DNA of 63,999 nt, filler included, from Candidatus Babelota bacterium (GTDB lineage: Bacteria; JAGOBX01), in the NCBI GenBank assembly GCA_017999075.1. It is 11 parts of 11 records of this genome, joined end to end, with 100 filler letters (N's around TTAATTAATTAA, not from the genome) between each part and the next. Parts side by side here need not be neighbours in the genome. Positions count along the whole stretch, not along the records: positions 1 to 5,928 come from JAGOBX010000248.1; positions 6,029 to 11,931 come from JAGOBX010000249.1; 9 more parts are not named here. One strand, 5' to 3'. The notes beneath the pieces were generated by a model that ran no database searches, was not told the DNA's origin, and was given only the letters and a program-made list of their open reading frames with translations. Shown in pieces: positions 1-8,379 of the stretch. The first letter of the stretch is position 1, and each line of letters begins with the position of its first letter. The position numbers and the translations under genes are program-made.

Positions 1-2
1 AA

Positions 3-188
3 ATAATCGGGCATATAATGTCTCACATTCTTTTATCAGTTATTTTTATAATTTTCATAACGCCCATTGCAATATTTTATAAAATTTTAAATAAACAATT
101 TTTCAGGTTTAATAATAATTACGACACCTATTGGGTTAAAAGAAAATCCATAGATTTTACAATAGAAAATTATAAAAGGCAGTATTAA
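3..188 (+). CDS. SxtJ-family membrane protein, C-terminal part (5' end outside window)
   Basis: Not in the ORF track. Manual translation gives IIGHIMSHILLSVIFIIFITPIAIFYKILNKQFFRFNNNYDTYWVKRKSIDFTIENYKRQY*, matching the SxtJ C-terminal pattern (IG..S..LL..F...TP...YW..R...RQF/Y). The TAA at 186-188 abuts the carbamoyltransferase ATG at 189. Confidence 0.75.
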   Translation: MIGHIMSHILLSVIFIIFITPIAIFYKILNKQFFRFNNNYDTYWVKRKSIDFTIENYKRQY

Positions 189-1982
189 ATGTATATTTTA
201 GGAATAAGTTGTTTTTATCATGACTCTGCTGCGGCTATAATAAAAGACGGCAGTCTTATAACCACAGTTCAAGAAGAAAGATTCTCCAGAATAAAAAATG
301 ACGGGGCTTTTCCATCAGCAGCCATTGATTTTTGTCTTAAATCTGCAGGTATCACTTCCAAAGAATTGGATTACGTGGTTTTTTATGAAAAACCTATGCG
401 TAAATTTGACCGCCTGCTTCGAACAATTATAAATTTCTATCCTAAAACATTGAACTTATTTTGTAAATCTATGATTTCAATGATGAAAGAAAAAATATGG
501 ATAAAATATATAATTAACGAAAAACTTGAAGTGCCTCTCGAAAAAATTCTGTTTACAGATCATCATGAATCGCATGCTGCAGCATCTTTTTATTGTTCTC
601 CATTTGAAGATGCCGCAATATTAACTGTTGACGGAGTGGGAGAATGGACAACTGCCGCCTATGGCACCGGACATTCATTCTGGAAAGAAAATTCCGCTGA
701 TAAAAATTATATAAAATTAGAAAAAGAACTCCATTTCCCTATTTCATTAGGATTATTATATTCTGTTATAACAGCATACCTCGGATTTGAAGTTAATGAA
801 GGCGAATATAAAGTAATGGGTATGGCTCCTTACGGAAAACCATTATATACCGAAAAAATAAAAAAAATGCTGAAAATCAAAGACGACGGAAGCTTCACTA
901 TTGACGAATCATATTTGAAATATCATTTTCACACTATGGAATCGTATTCAGAAAAACTCGTTGAACTTTTCGGACCGCCACGCAACAGAAAAGACAGATT
1001 TGTTACAAAACAGACTTCTTTATATGATGATGTAAAACCTGCTACTGAAGAAGAAATGAATAAAAACCAGTATTATGCAGATATTGCGTCAAGTATTCAG
1101 GCTGTTACAGAAGAAATTCTTTTAAAAATGTCTAAGTTTATATTTAAAGAAACAGGTAAAAAAAACCTTTGTATATCAGGCGGAGTCGGATTAAACAGCG
1201 TCGCAAATTTTAAAATACTTAAACAGGCAGGGTTTGAAAATGTCTACATACAGCCTGCTGCCGGAGACGCAGGCGGAGCTCTCGGCGCTGCATTGTTCGC
1301 TTACCATTCTCTTTTAAATAAACCCAGAAAATTCATTATGGAACATTGTTATTGGGGCGAAAAATACAGCGATAATGATATAGAAACATTTTTAAAATCA
1401 AAAAACATCAAATTTCAAAAAATATCGGACGATGAACAATTATTCGATAAAGTTACAGACTTACTTATAAAGGGAAATGTCATTGGATGGTTTCAAAATG
1501 AATTCGAATGGGGGCCGCGGGCTTTAGGAAACAGATCTATTCTCGGAGATCCGAGACGCGAAGATATGAAAGATATAATTAACATTAAAATAAAATTCAG
1601 AGAACCGTTCAGACCTTTTGCTCCTTCAGTTCTTGATGACCGTGCAGAAGAATTTTTTGATTTTGACGGGGTGGAAAAACAATATCCTCCGAGGTTTATG
1701 CTTATGGTATGTCCTGTAAAAAAAGAAAAACACAGCGTTTTGCCTGCAATAACGCATGTTGACGGTTCAGGCAGACTTCAAACAGTAATAAAAAAACACA
1801 ATCCGCGATATTACAGACTCATAGAGCGCTTTGGAGAAAAAACAGGAGTTCCTGTAATTATAAATACGTCATTTAATTTAAAAGGCGAACCTATAGTAAA
1901 TACTCCTGCTAATGCTTATTCAACTTTCAGCAATAGCGGAATGGATGTGCTTGTTTTACAAAACTATCTGATTCTAAAATAA
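189..1982 (+). CDS. Carbamoyltransferase, NodU/CmcH/SxtI family
   Basis: N-terminal ILGISCFYHDSAAA, QEERFSR, HHESHAA, DGVGE, GGVGLN, PAAGDAGGALGAA, EWGPRALGNRSIL, KFREPFRPFAP, HVDGSGRLQTV and NTSFN motifs. Confidence 0.95.
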   Translation: MYILGISCFYHDSAAAIIKDGSLITTVQEERFSRIKNDGAFPSAAIDFCLKSAGITSKELDYVVFYEKPMRKFDRLLRTIINFYPKTLNLFCKSMISMMKEKIWIKYIINEKLEVPLEKILFTDHHESHAAASFYCSPFEDAAILTVDGVGEWTTAAYGTGHSFWKENSADKNYIKLEKELHFPISLGLLYSVITAYLGFEVNEGEYKVMGMAPYGKPLYTEKIKKMLKIKDDGSFTIDESYLKYHFHTMESYSEKLVELFGPPRNRKDRFVTKQTSLYDDVKPATEEEMNKNQYYADIASSIQAVTEEILLKMSKFIFKETGKKNLCISGGVGLNSVANFKILKQAGFENVYIQPAAGDAGGALGAALFAYHSLLNKPRKFIMEHCYWGEKYSDNDIETFLKSKNIKFQKISDDEQLFDKVTDLLIKGNVIGWFQNEFEWGPRALGNRSILGDPRREDMKDIINIKIKFREPFRPFAPSVLDDRAEEFFDFDGVEKQYPPRFMLMVCPVKKEKHSVLPAITHVDGSGRLQTVIKKHNPRYYRLIERFGEKTGVPVIINTSFNLKGEPIVNTPANAYSTFSNSGMDVLVLQNYLILK

Positions 1983-1996
1983 AAGAGGTATTCCTG

Positions 1997-2242
1997 ATGA
2001 TAAATAAATTGAAAGAAAATATCGTATTGCTGATTTTGGTTATAGTATTAGGCGCATTTATTTTTTTTATAATAAAGTTCAGGAAACGTTTTGCAATCAT
2101 TAATGAATTTTTAACATTTTTGTGGAAAGAAAAAATGTGGTGGATGATACCACTTATACTTATACTGCTTGGTATGGGCATACTTATTTTCTTTGCTTCT
2201 TCTTCATCGGCTCTTGCGCCGTTTATTTATCCTTTGTTTTAA
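1997..2242 (+). CDS. DUF5989 / SxtK-like small membrane protein
   Basis: FL.FLW.EK.WW..P...LL..G.L......SALAPFIY.LF C-terminus. Lies directly after the carbamoyltransferase. Confidence 0.8.
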   Translation: MINKLKENIVLLILVIVLGAFIFFIIKFRKRFAIINEFLTFLWKEKMWWMIPLILILLGMGILIFFASSSSALAPFIYPLF

Positions 2243-2328
2243 TATAAAAAATGATTATACATTTTTTTAAATTAAAACTTAAAACCATAAAAATTTTTCA
2301 TTGTTATATTTTAAGGTGAAATAATAAT

Positions 2329-2721
2329 ATGACAAAAACGATTATATTATTAAGCATATCAAATATTTTTATGACATTCGCCTGGTATGGTCATTTAAAA
2401 CATAAAAATTCACCTTTATGGATTGCAATAATAATCAGCTGGCTGATAGCGTTTGTCGAATATTGTTTTCAGGTTCCGGCAAACAGAATCGGCCATAACT
2501 CAGGAATATCTGCAGCTCAATTAAAGATTTTGCAGGAAATAATAACCTTAATAATATTCTGTATTTTTTCAATAATGTATCTCGGCGAAAAAATCAGATG
2601 GAATTATATCGCCGGGTTTATTTTTATTATAATTGCTATTGTATTTGTTTTCTCATTCAATGATATGACTTTCTCCGATTTTCTCAATAAAAACTGGAAT
2701 AGAATAAAAAATATTCTATAA
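2329..2721 (+). CDS. DMT superfamily small membrane protein (DUF486 / DMT_6 type)
   Basis: SNIFMTFAWYGHLK, SWLIAFVEYCFQVPANRIG and QLKILQEIITL signatures. Confidence 0.9.
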   Translation: MTKTIILLSISNIFMTFAWYGHLKHKNSPLWIAIIISWLIAFVEYCFQVPANRIGHNSGISAAQLKILQEIITLIIFCIFSIMYLGEKIRWNYIAGFIFIIIAIVFVFSFNDMTFSDFLNKNWNRIKNIL

Positions 2722-2729
2722 TTAAATTT

Positions 2730-5351
2730 ATGTGTAATATAAAACCAAGCACAGGTATAGAATCACTAGACGGCATATTAAACGGCATACGTTTTGGAGA
2801 TAATATAGTTTGGCAGGTCGATACTATAGAAGATTATATTTCTATAGTCATTCCTTATTGCAGATACGCAAAACAGAACGGAAAAAAAATAGTATATTTC
2901 AGGTTTGCCGACCACAAAGAACTTATATCCGGCGATGAAGATAATGTTATAATTCACAGACTGAATCCGAGAGAAGGGTTTGAGCAATTCATCACAGAGG
3001 TTCACCGAATAATCGAAAAAACAGGAAAATACGGGTTTTACTTGTTTGATTCATATTCTGAACTTACGCTTGACTGCTACAGCGACAGAATGCTTGGAAA
3101 TTTTTTTATACTGACATGCCCGTATTTATATGAACTGGAAACAGTGGCTTATTTTTCAATTTACAGAAATCATCATTCATACCACGCTGTTTTACCTATA
3201 AAACAGACTACTCAGTTATTTATTGACATATATAAATATAATAATGATCTTTACGCCCATCCGTTAAAGGTTGACGGCAGATTTTCATCAACTATGTTTA
3301 TGATGCACAAAAATATAAATGGTATATTCACTCCTATAAAAGACAGTCCGAGCATTTCAGAAGTTTTGAATTCTACTCCCTGGCCCGGACTTCAATCCGC
3401 TTCATACCGTATGATAGGTCCCTGGGACAAAAAATTCATGCAAGCAGAAGCTATGGTGGAAGCTGAAAAAATACAATGCGTATGCAACCCTGAAAATATG
3501 CACAATTATTTTTATAAACTTATGACTTTGCTGATTTCAAAAGAAAAACAGATTCTTGATCTTGCTGATAAATATATTGTCTTGAAAGATATTATATATA
3601 TATGGAAACGAATGATAGGAACAGGCATGATAGGAGGCAAGACAGTAGGTATGCTTCTTGCCCGCGCCATTCTTATAAAAAAAAATCCGAGATGGGAAAA
3701 ATTACTCGAACCGCACGATTCTTTTTTCATAGGATCTGACGTGTTTTATTCCTATCTTGTTTACAACAAGTGCTGGCTTATACGCCAAAAACAGAAAAAA
3801 CAGGAAAGTTTTCTTGAAGATATTGATAAAGCTCAAGACAGAATTTTAAACGGAGAATTTCCGGATTATATAATAAAACGTTTTTCTGATATACTTGATT
3901 ATTACGGACAATCTCCTATCATTGTCAGATCAAGCAGTCTGCTTGAAGATAATTTCGGCAATGCTTTTGCCGGAAAATATGAAAGCGTATTCTGCGCTAA
4001 TCAGGGAGATTTGCAGGATAGATTAAACGAATTTATCAAAGCTGTAAAAATAATTTATGCAAGCGCTATGAGTGAAACCGCATTAAATTACAGAAAAAGA
4101 CGCGGTGTTCTTGAAAAAGACGAACAGATGGCCTTGCTTGTCCAGCGTGTTTCAGGCACACATTATAATGACATGTTTTTTCCGCATTTATCAGGCGTAG
4201 GGTTTTCCTACAATCCTTATGTATGGAACGAAAACATTGATCCTGAAGCAGGAATGATACGTATCGTATTCGGGCTCGGTACACGCGCAGTTGACAGAGC
4301 AGATGACGACTACACAAGAGTTATTGCTTTAAACGCTCCTGATTTAAGACCGGAAGCAGATTTTTCAAAAGTAAAAAAGTATGCCCAGCGCAGATTTGAT
4401 TATATTGATTTGAAAGATAACAAATTTAATTCAGGGTATTTTATTGATATGGTAAAAAAATGTCCTGAACTTCAACCCGAAATGTTCGCAACTCCTGATT
4501 ATGATAATGATTCGTATTATTATGGTGAATATAATAATCAGATAAAACCCTGGGTATTGACATTTGATTCCATATTTCAGGACACTGATTTAATTAATGA
4601 TATAAAAGAAATGTTTAAAATTTTGAAAGAAACTTACAATCAGAACGTTGATGTGGAATTCGCGGTCAACTTCGATAACAATAACGGTTATAAAATAAAC
4701 CTTCTTCAATGCCGGCCTCTTCAAGTAACAAGACAGGATGGAACATATAACGGCGGTTTTGCCGAACCTGATTATAAAGATATAATTTTAAAAACTAATA
4801 GCGGAATTGTCGGACACAGCAGAATTATTCCGATAGATATAATAATTTATGTCGTCCCTGAAATATACGGATTGCTTAATGAAAATGACAGATATTCAAT
4901 AGCCAGGCTTATAGGAAAAATCACTCATAATGTAAATATAAATAACGATAAAAACATTATGATGTTCGGTCCTGGCAGATGGGGAACCAGCATGCCGTCG
5001 CTTGGAGTACCTGTATCATTCAATGAAATAAACAATGTTTCAGTGTTGTGTGAAATAGATTCTATGCACGAAGGATTAGTCCCTGATTTGTCTCTTGGCA
5101 CGCATTTTTTCAACGAAATGGTAGAAATGAATATGCTATATCTTGCATTTTTTAAAAATAAAACAGGAAATTTGATTAACGATAATTTTTTCAATGAAAT
5201 AACAAATAATCTGAATGACATTATGCCTGAAGAAAAAAAATGGGAGCACGCAGTAAAAATAATGTTCACTTCGAAATTATCTGAAAATAAAAAAATATTT
5301 TTAAATGCAGATTCGTTTAAACAAAAATGCATTTTATTTGAAAAAAAATAA
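2730..5351 (+). CDS. PEP/pyruvate-binding (PPDK_N ATP-grasp) domain protein with an N-terminal KaiC/RecA-like region
   Basis: IGGKTVGM, VRSSSLLEDNFGNAFAGKYES, GLGTRAV, DVEFA, LLQCRP and GPGRWG motifs. The N-terminus reads STGIESLDGIL.GI..GDNIVW. Confidence 0.85.
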   Translation: MCNIKPSTGIESLDGILNGIRFGDNIVWQVDTIEDYISIVIPYCRYAKQNGKKIVYFRFADHKELISGDEDNVIIHRLNPREGFEQFITEVHRIIEKTGKYGFYLFDSYSELTLDCYSDRMLGNFFILTCPYLYELETVAYFSIYRNHHSYHAVLPIKQTTQLFIDIYKYNNDLYAHPLKVDGRFSSTMFMMHKNINGIFTPIKDSPSISEVLNSTPWPGLQSASYRMIGPWDKKFMQAEAMVEAEKIQCVCNPENMHNYFYKLMTLLISKEKQILDLADKYIVLKDIIYIWKRMIGTGMIGGKTVGMLLARAILIKKNPRWEKLLEPHDSFFIGSDVFYSYLVYNKCWLIRQKQKKQESFLEDIDKAQDRILNGEFPDYIIKRFSDILDYYGQSPIIVRSSSLLEDNFGNAFAGKYESVFCANQGDLQDRLNEFIKAVKIIYASAMSETALNYRKRRGVLEKDEQMALLVQRVSGTHYNDMFFPHLSGVGFSYNPYVWNENIDPEAGMIRIVFGLGTRAVDRADDDYTRVIALNAPDLRPEADFSKVKKYAQRRFDYIDLKDNKFNSGYFIDMVKKCPELQPEMFATPDYDNDSYYYGEYNNQIKPWVLTFDSIFQDTDLINDIKEMFKILKETYNQNVDVEFAVNFDNNNGYKINLLQCRPLQVTRQDGTYNGGFAEPDYKDIILKTNSGIVGHSRIIPIDIIIYVVPEIYGLLNENDRYSIARLIGKITHNVNINNDKNIMMFGPGRWGTSMPSLGVPVSFNEINNVSVLCEIDSMHEGLVPDLSLGTHFFNEMVEMNMLYLAFFKNKTGNLINDNFFNEITNNLNDIMPEEKKWEHAVKIMFTSKLSENKKIFLNADSFKQKCILFEKK

Positions 5352-5453
5352 AAAAAATTAAATATATTAATTAAAATTATCTGTTTTTTATTTAAATAAT
5401 TATATAGAATTAAAAACTGTTAAAAAATAAGATAAAAATTTCAATGGGGGTAA

Positions 5454-5928
<475 letters not shown>

Positions 5929-6028
5929 NNNNNNNNNNNNNNNNNNNNNNNNNNNNNNNNNNNNNNNNNNNNTTAATTAATTAANNNNNNNNNNNNNNNN
6001 NNNNNNNNNNNNNNNNNNNNNNNNNNNN
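5929..6028. other. Artificial contig linker (44N-TTAATTAATTAA-44N)
   Basis: Identical linkers occur at 11932-12031, 17909-18008, 23877-23976, 29837-29936, 35789-35888, 41724-41823, 47645-47744, 53542-53641 and 59431-59530. The 12-mer gives stop codons in all six frames. Confidence 0.98.
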
Positions 6029-6085
6029 ATGAACTTCAATAGCTAATCCGATAATTATATCGCTCAATTCTTTTTCATAAATCAT
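6029..6085 (-). CDS. Second GxxExxY gene copy, 5' fragment only (runs off contig end)
   Basis: 6029-6167 matches 6799-6937 at 138 of 139 positions and encodes MIYEKELSDIIIGLAIEVH with the same AAGGA RBS. Confidence 0.8.
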
Positions 6086-6105
6086 TGTCAATTCCTTTTA
6101 AATTC

Positions 6106-6167
6106 TTGGTGTCTTCGGTGTCCTCGGTGGATAATATTTTTTCCACCGAAAAAGACGAATACACCGA
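6106..6167. repeat. 62-bp imperfect palindrome, copy A (9-bp-periodic TCGGTG/CACCGA arms)
   Basis: TTGGTGTCT TCGGTGTCC TCGGTGGA-taatattttt-TCCACCGA AAAAGACGA ATACACCGA. Perfect 8-bp core stem at 6124-6131/6142-6149. Confidence 0.9.
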
Positions 6168-6276
6168 ATAAATTCTATTCTGTTTTTTTTCTCTGCATTT
6201 TCTTCGTGTTAAAATTATTTTTTTTTTATCACAAAGAATAATACTTTTTATAATCATAAAAACGCAAAAATCATTT

Positions 6277-6303
6277 TCACGCAAAAGCGCGAAGGCAGCA
6301 AAG
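6277..6303. repeat. Degenerate 9-bp tandem repeat (TCACGCAAA AGCGCGAAG GCAGCAAAG)
   Basis: GC-rich three-unit array inside an otherwise very AT-rich spacer. Confidence 0.55.
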
Positions 6304-6382
6304 TTTAAAATAATAATTTTACTTTATTTAGCTTTAAAATTATAATTTTAAATTATCAATATTATAATTTGTCATAATCAGA

Positions 6383-6414
6383 AATTTTCAATTTTTAATT
6401 CTCAATTTTCAATT
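6383..6414. repeat. 7-bp tandem repeat (AATTTTC/AATTCTC), about 4.5 units
   Basis: aattttc aattttt aattctc aattttc aatt, adjacent to palindrome copy B. Confidence 0.7.
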
Positions 6415-6421
6415 GAATTTC

Positions 6422-6484
6422 TCGGTGTTTCTCGGTGTCCTCGGTGGACAATATTTTTTCCACCGAAAAAGACGAATGCACCGA
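6422..6484. repeat. Palindrome copy B, 2 bp downstream of the GxxExxY stop codon
   Basis: TCGGTGTTTC TCGGTGTCC TCGGTGGA-caatattttt-TCCACCGA AAAAGACGA ATGCACCGA. Same orientation as copies A and C. Confidence 0.9.
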
Positions 6485-6486
6485 AA

Positions 6487-6855
6487 TTATAGAACAATCC
6501 TTTTAAATTCTAATTTATTTCTTCCGAAATTTAATATATAATCAACTTTCACTTCGCTTGCTTTTAAATAATTTAATATTTGACTTATATGTTCGGAACA
6601 AATATTGTTTGTTGCTTTTAGTTCTAAAATTATTTTGTTATCAATTAAAAAATCAACATAATATTTTTTGTTAAGGATATGTGTTTTATATTTAATTAAT
6701 AATTCTTTTTGATTTTCAAATTTTATATTATTTTGTTCAAACTCAATAGCTAAAGCTTCTTCATAAACTGCTTCAAGAAATCCTATGCCTAAAGTTTTAT
6801 GAACTTCAATAGCTAATCCGATAATTATATCGCTCAATTCTTTTTCATAAATCAT
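6487..6855 (-). CDS. GxxExxY protein (PD-(D/E)XK nuclease-like)
   Basis: IIGLAIEVHKTLGIGFLEAVYEEAL (GxxExxY), D-FLI...IILELKA, QILNYLK and LNFG motifs. ATG at 6855 with AAGGA RBS; the ORF track starts at a TTG at 6861. Confidence 0.92.
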   Translation of the reverse strand: MIYEKELSDIIIGLAIEVHKTLGIGFLEAVYEEALAIEFEQNNIKFENQKELLIKYKTHILNKKYYVDFLIDNKIILELKATNNICSEHISQILNYLKASEVKVDYILNFGRNKLEFKRIVL

Positions 6856-6875
6856 TGTCAATTCCTTTTAAATTC

Positions 6876-6937
6876 TTGGTGTCTTCGGTGTCCTCGGTGG
6901 ATAATATTTTTTCCACCGAAAAAGATGAATACACCGA
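6876..6937. repeat. Palindrome copy C, abutting the gspE stop codon and preceding the GxxExxY RBS
   Basis: Identical to copy A except for one base (6926). Confidence 0.9.
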
Positions 6938-8377
6938 TTATTTTTCTCTGTGAATAACCCTTGCGAATTCAGAAACAGTCGTTATTCCATTTAATACTTT
7001 TTGTATCCCGTCTTCAAATAATGTTATCATCTGATTTTTTTCTATCGCATATTTTTTTATTTCCTGAATTGAAATGCCTTTTTTTACCATTGTATTTATA
7101 TTCAGATCAAATATTAGTATTTCAAATAATCCGCATCTGCCTTTATAACCTGTCCCGCTGCATTTATCACATCCGCGTCCCTGAAATAACACCGCATTTT
7201 CAAAACTGCGTTTCGCAAGCCGTTCAAGTGTCTTGATTTTTTGCGGCGCAGGTTCTTTACAATGTTCGCACATTTTTCTGACAAGCCGCTGAGAGATAAT
7301 TCCTCTCACAGTATCGGCAATCAGATACGGCGGCAAACCAATATCAACTAACCTCGATAAAGTGCTGACTGTGTCATTCGTATGAATAGTAGATAAAACA
7401 AGATGTCCGGTCAAAGCCGCCTGAATAGCGATTTCCGCTGTTTCAGAATCCCGTATCTCGCCTACCATAATTATATCCGGGTCCTGCCGCAAAAGACTTC
7501 GCAAACCATTGGCAAAAGACAGATTGCGTTTCCGGTTTATCTGCGTCTGATTAATTCCTGGAATTTCATATTCTACAGGATCTTCGATTGTAGCGATTTT
7601 TAATTCAGGACGTTTTATCTTTTGCAATACCGCATACAAAGTCGTGGTTTTTCCGCTTCCAGTAGGTCCCGCAGTCAAAACAACTCCGTGCGTAAATTCC
7701 AATAATTTTTCAAATGCAAGTAAATTGGTTCCCATTACTCCAAGCGAATCTATTGTTATTACCTGCTCGCTCTGGCTCAATAACCTCAAAACCACATTCT
7801 CTCCGTGCATTGTCGGAATAGTCGAAACCCTGATGTCAAATTCAACATTCTCAAGATTTATCTTAACCCTGCCGTCCTGCGGTTTCTGCTGTTCTGCAAT
7901 ATCAAGATTAGCAAATACCTTTATATGCGAAATAATATTTTTCTGTATCTCCTTAGCTATCGACGGCTGCTCAAACAGTATTCCATCAATCCTGTATCTT
8001 ATAATAACCTTTTCTTCAAACGGCTCAATATGTATATCGCTCGCATTTTTATTATAAGCGTTTATCAATATATTTTTTACGCTCGTATAAATGAAATTCT
8101 CTCCGTCCAGTTCCGATTCGCCGTTTCTGTAATTAAAATTTATTTCGGATTTATCGTTGTTTGAATAATTCCCGGTTAAAATATTATTTCCATTCTGCCA
8201 TTTCAAAAATCTCTCATTAAACTCGCTTTCGTCAATAATCTTGAAATCAACTGTTTTCCGATAGTATTTCTCCAGTATTTTCCTAAGATAATATGTTTCA
8301 TCAAGACCATATACGGTTAATGTTTTTGGAGTTTCGTCAGCGGGTATGAGATTATGATTTTTATAGAATGAGTTCAT
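6938..8377 (-). CDS. GspE/PulE/PilB-family secretion ATPase
   Basis: ASDIHIEP, PQDGR, Walker A GPTGSGKTTTLY, TIEDPVEY, LRQDPDIIMVGEIRD, TGHLVLSTIHTN, and CxxC pairs (CEHC, CDKC). Confidence 0.93.
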   Translation of the reverse strand: MNSFYKNHNLIPADETPKTLTVYGLDETYYLRKILEKYYRKTVDFKIIDESEFNERFLKWQNGNNILTGNYSNNDKSEINFNYRNGESELDGENFIYTSVKNILINAYNKNASDIHIEPFEEKVIIRYRIDGILFEQPSIAKEIQKNIISHIKVFANLDIAEQQKPQDGRVKINLENVEFDIRVSTIPTMHGENVVLRLLSQSEQVITIDSLGVMGTNLLAFEKLLEFTHGVVLTAGPTGSGKTTTLYAVLQKIKRPELKIATIEDPVEYEIPGINQTQINRKRNLSFANGLRSLLRQDPDIIMVGEIRDSETAEIAIQAALTGHLVLSTIHTNDTVSTLSRLVDIGLPPYLIADTVRGIISQRLVRKMCEHCKEPAPQKIKTLERLAKRSFENAVLFQGRGCDKCSGTGYKGRCGLFEILIFDLNINTMVKKGISIQEIKKYAIEKNQMITLFEDGIQKVLNGITTVSEFARVIHREK

Positions 8378-8379
8378 AG

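Noticed and set aside
3-2242. Saxitoxin biosynthesis cluster
   Set aside because: No sxtA, sxtG or other core genes are visible, and the triad alone is not diagnostic.
6075-6284. 69-aa ORF containing STEDTEDT
   Set aside because: It is a translation of the 9-bp repeats and AT-rich spacer, with a weak start and no recognisable domain.
6106-6937. Palindromes as a CRISPR array or as integron attC sites
   Set aside because: The spacing is 250-390 bp and one interval holds a gene. There are no cas genes, no RYYYAAC/GTTRRRY ends and no integron integrase on the contig.
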